From contig CM052832.1 of the NCBI GenBank assembly GCA_028534125.1, forward strand, positions 13,270,001-13,334,000: a stretch of 64,000 nucleotides of DNA, in the 5' to 3' direction. Under the pieces are notes generated by a model. That model did not search any database, had not been told where the DNA came from, and was given only the letters and a program-made list of their open reading frames with translations. Shown in pieces: positions 60,328 to 64,000 of the stretch. The position numbers and the translations under genes were made by a program. Origin of the DNA: Lama glama. Its lineage: Eukaryota. Positions within the stretch are counted from its first letter, which is position 1. Each line of letters begins with the position of its first letter.

Positions 60328-63300
60328 CAAACCTCTGTTTCTTTAACCACTTCTCAAAATGTCTGTTATTTTACTAAAAGATTTGTCCAGTGTTGGGCTG
60401 GTAAATGCCCAGCTCTCCAGGGGGAAAAAGACATATCAATAACTTCAAAAATGTCAATAATAATAAAATGATAGTAAAATAACTAGAAAGTGATGAATTT
60501 TGAGTATATATTACTTTTGTCTTTAATATAATTTATTTAATTATGAGTTTATATCATGCATCGTCAACAGGGGTGAAAATTGGTTCTTGGCAGGAGGCAA
60601 AAAAGTCTTACTCTTTTGTAGGTATAGAGCACAAATACATAAACCAGTACATAAATGGACATACAGCTTATCTGTGATATTAAGATAAGATATTATCTGT
60701 GATATTAAGATTTCATGGGGAGGGTGGTAGGAGACTAGGGGAAAAATGTATAAAAAGACTTCTTAGGAGGCAATAATGAATGAAAGTTTGAGAAACACTG
60801 ATTCATATAATTTAATTTTTAATGATGGCTTTGTTTAACAACCAGCTCATTCCTGAATATTTAACAGTTGGCTCTTGCAAGCCTGTATGAACTGGCTCCA
60901 GCACACCCCCAGACCTGGGGTGAGGTGGATGGGAACAAAGTAGAGGAGGGAGAAAGAAACCCCCTGCCTGTGGTACATCAGGCTATTAGGAAAGATGGCA
61001 TGCAAGGGGTGTTAAGGCAGAGTGTCTCTGGACCTGCATAAATCAATGGGGGCTGCCCCTCTGTCAGTCCCAGGTCTCTACCCAAAATCTTATGTCCTGG
61101 CTCATGTCATCCCATCAGGTGGTTCCCCTGTCCTCCAGTAGCCCCGGTGCCCAGGCAGATGGGTGGTGGCATCTTGCAGGGCCCCCCAGCCCAACAGGGA
61201 TTTGTGCATACACCTTCACCCTTGCCCTCCAAGGGAGCTTCAGAGAATTCAGTCTTTGTTCAGTGCCTCTGGTTGGGTGGGTTCTTCTGAAAGACCTACC
61301 TCAGGCAGACGGGGGATGTCAGGAAGGGAGAGGCTTATTTTCCCATTGGGGATTGGAGGAGCCCATTCAGTGATGGTTCCTCCTCATCAAATGTTCCCAG
61401 TGATGAGGATGACACAGCTCTCAATGCTTGATTAGTTGGGCCCTTGGAAACTTGGATGGCCTTGGGCACCTTTCAGTGCTGTCTAGGTTGGGGGAGGTGG
61501 ATTGGGGACCTCAAGTATGCAGATCCCAACAGATGCCAGCATGAGGCCCCCAGCTGGGCCTTCAGCTTTGCCAAGTCAGTGGCAGGATGGGGAAGGACTG
61601 TGCCCTCCTGGGAGCATTAACAGTGATTGCTATAATTATTCCAAGGGAACCGGTCCAGGGTCAGCCAGAGGCACTTTGTTTTCTGTAAACAGGGCAGAGA
61701 GGAGGCACTGGGAAATCTAGGAAGAGTGGTTCCCTTTCTTTCCTCTAGTCTGTCTCTCCCCCTTTCCTGTCCCATTAGAAAACTAGAATCTTGCCTGCTC
61801 ATCCCAGAGGCTCTCTGGGTCCTCGCAAAACCTCCATGTGGTTCCTCAGAATCTTATTCTCCAAAGGCCCAACTGCCTCCCAAAAAGATCAGACCTGGAA
61901 TCTCCACCAAACAGCAGCTTTTCTCTCCAGCCTTGCCTTTCCATTTCCCTGCCTGCAAAATACGCTTAATCATTGCCCGTTCACCGGGTCAAGGAGTAGG
62001 AGTTAATTGGTGTGAGTTGAGTGCTCCAAGACTCCCAGTTGAGGTTCTGGTGGTTGGGGGAAGGGGGTGAGCATTGCTCATTTGTGCCCCCAGCTGTCCT
62101 GGGGCTTCTTTTTACAAAGGTCATTTATATGGTACGCTGATTCACTAACTCTTCAAAGATTCGCCAGGGACTTGCCCAGCTCCCTATCTGACAGGACTGT
62201 CCCTATCAGTCCCTAGACCAGCTTCCAGCTTTGGGACTTTTTCAGGCCTCCCTCAGGAGGCCTCTGAGGCCAGCCTGTCACTTGGAGCTGAGGGAGGCTG
62301 AGCTCTACACAAGCTGAGGATGGCCAGCCTCCAGCATGATCCAGGAAGAGTTAGCCATAGGGCTCCAAACTGGGGTGATGGTGGGTCCCAGCAGGTGGAC
62401 TACATGCCTGGGAGGGCTGACCAAGGTCAGCTGGCCAGAGGTCAGGGGCAGGACTTGAGTTCTCATGCTCCCCATGTCCTACTCAGAGTCTTTGCACATA
62501 CTGTTCTTCCTGCCTGGAACTCTGTTTTCTTCATATGATTAACTCCCATTCATCTTTTCTGCCCCAGCCCAACCTTAACTTCCTCCAGGAAGCAGCCTTC
62601 TCTCATTTCCATGTTTATGACAAATCTTTGTGACTACAGTTTTCATAGCAAAGGGAACCTGTTTATTGACCTAACTTTTTTTTTTACTTGAAGTATAGCT
62701 AATTTACAATGTTGTATTCGTTTTAGGTGTACAGCAAAGTGATTCTAAGTTTTAACAACTGCAGCCTTTTCCATTTGTACCTCCAGCTCTAGGGAAACCC
62801 TGTGTTTTCCTGTGGCTGTGACCCACTGATACTTCGACATTCTCTCTGTCTTTGCAGTTCTTCAGTACTTAATTATTCTTTATGTAGATTCTGTCTGTTG
62901 AAATGACCATTGTGGTTTCTGTCTTCTGACTGGACCCTGACTGATACACTCATCAGATCCTCAAACCTGAGGCCCAGAATGATACAGTTAGAAGCAGGAG
63001 CCAGAACCCCATACCCTTGCCCTGCCTGAACTCTAAGGGGAAACAGTGCCTTCAGTCCCTTTTTGGGAATCCTATGGACTAGAGAGGGATGTGCTCCTTG
63101 CAGGGATATCTAATTAGCCCTGGAAAAACTGGGCCAACAGTTAAACCACACAAACAAAAGAGCTGCAGCTCTACACAGAACTGCCTGCTTGGGCAAACGC
63201 CAAGACAAACAGTCGGGGCACTCTGCACTCTGGGCCCCAGCCACCAGGGCTGCAGGCTTCCTAGGCCCATGTGGAGGCATCTCAAGAAGGAGGGGCTAAG

Positions 63301-63439
63301 CCCCCGGAGTCTCTCCTTTCTGGACTCCAAGTCTTCGCTCATTCCCTCTAGGATTCTCTGAAACAGACTGCCCTCCTCTTCTACTCTAGAACTTTCTGGT
63401 AAACTGTGGAGCATTCCAGGGCTTACCTCCCTGTGCATG

Positions 63440-63785
63440 TCAAAGGCAGTGAAGTACACATAAGGAGCTTCTAAAAAAACTGATGCCTGAGCCCCATTGC
63501 AGAGATTCTGGTCTGGCCCAGCATTGGTATTTATTAAAGCTCCCAAGTGATTCCACTGTGTATTCAGGATTAAAATCCACTGAGTTAAAAGAATGTATTA
63601 GGACAGCAACTCTCAAATTTGAGAGTGCATCAGAATTACCTGGAGGGCATGTCAAACCAAAGACTGCCAAGCCTCACCCCAATTTTCTAATTCAGTAGTT
63701 CTGGGGCAGTTCCCAAGAATGTGCATGTCTTCTAAGTTCTTGGCTGATCCTCCTGGCCTGGGAACCACACTTTGAGAACCCCCAG
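63440..63785. mobile_element. MER5-type hAT-Charlie elements (two adjacent copies)
   Basis: cagagattctggtctgg...aagctcccaagtgattcc; ctctcaaatttgagagtgcatcagaattacctggag...ggaaccacactttgagaacc. Confidence 0.75.
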
Positions 63786-64000
63786 CTATGGAGTTGGACA
63801 CCCCAGGTTCAGATCTCAACTCTGCCAGATGCAGTTGACTATCCATCTGAGAGGGTTTTGTGAGGACTGAAAGACATAATTTGAATAAAGAGACTCACAC
63901 AGGACCTGCATGTAATAATGTTCAATGAACACTGTTATCACTATAATTATGATAATTAGTAGGCAGGGCTACAGAATTCTTGAGTTATACCATGTGACAT

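Overview
Mammalian genomic DNA, most likely a camelid: there are two tRNA-derived SINEs of the camelid Vic-1 type and no Alu, B1, Bov-tA or PRE-1. The window covers the CDKN1A (p21) locus on the minus strand: non-coding exon 1 at ~31830-31918, CDS 27317-26873 plus 25565-25516 (164 aa), and a 3'UTR ending near 24025. Its CpG island, both classical p53 elements (33272-33291, 34152-34171) and the distal p53 element of the lincRNA-p21 enhancer (40472-40491) are all present. Downstream on the same strand are the first six coding exons of RAB44 (11695 down to 762); the gene continues past the left edge. The rest is mostly interspersed repeats, including an old two-LTR provirus filling most of the RAB44 intron at 5388-11488. 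The most interesting unexplained items are an orphan CpG island at ~46.85-47.65 kb with a perfect splice donor and an Arg-rich small ORF, a remodelled p21 core promoter with an outward-facing TATAAAAG, and a p21 poly(A) signal supplied by an L2 element. Comparisons with human and repeat-family names come from memory and need alignment or RepeatMasker confirmation.
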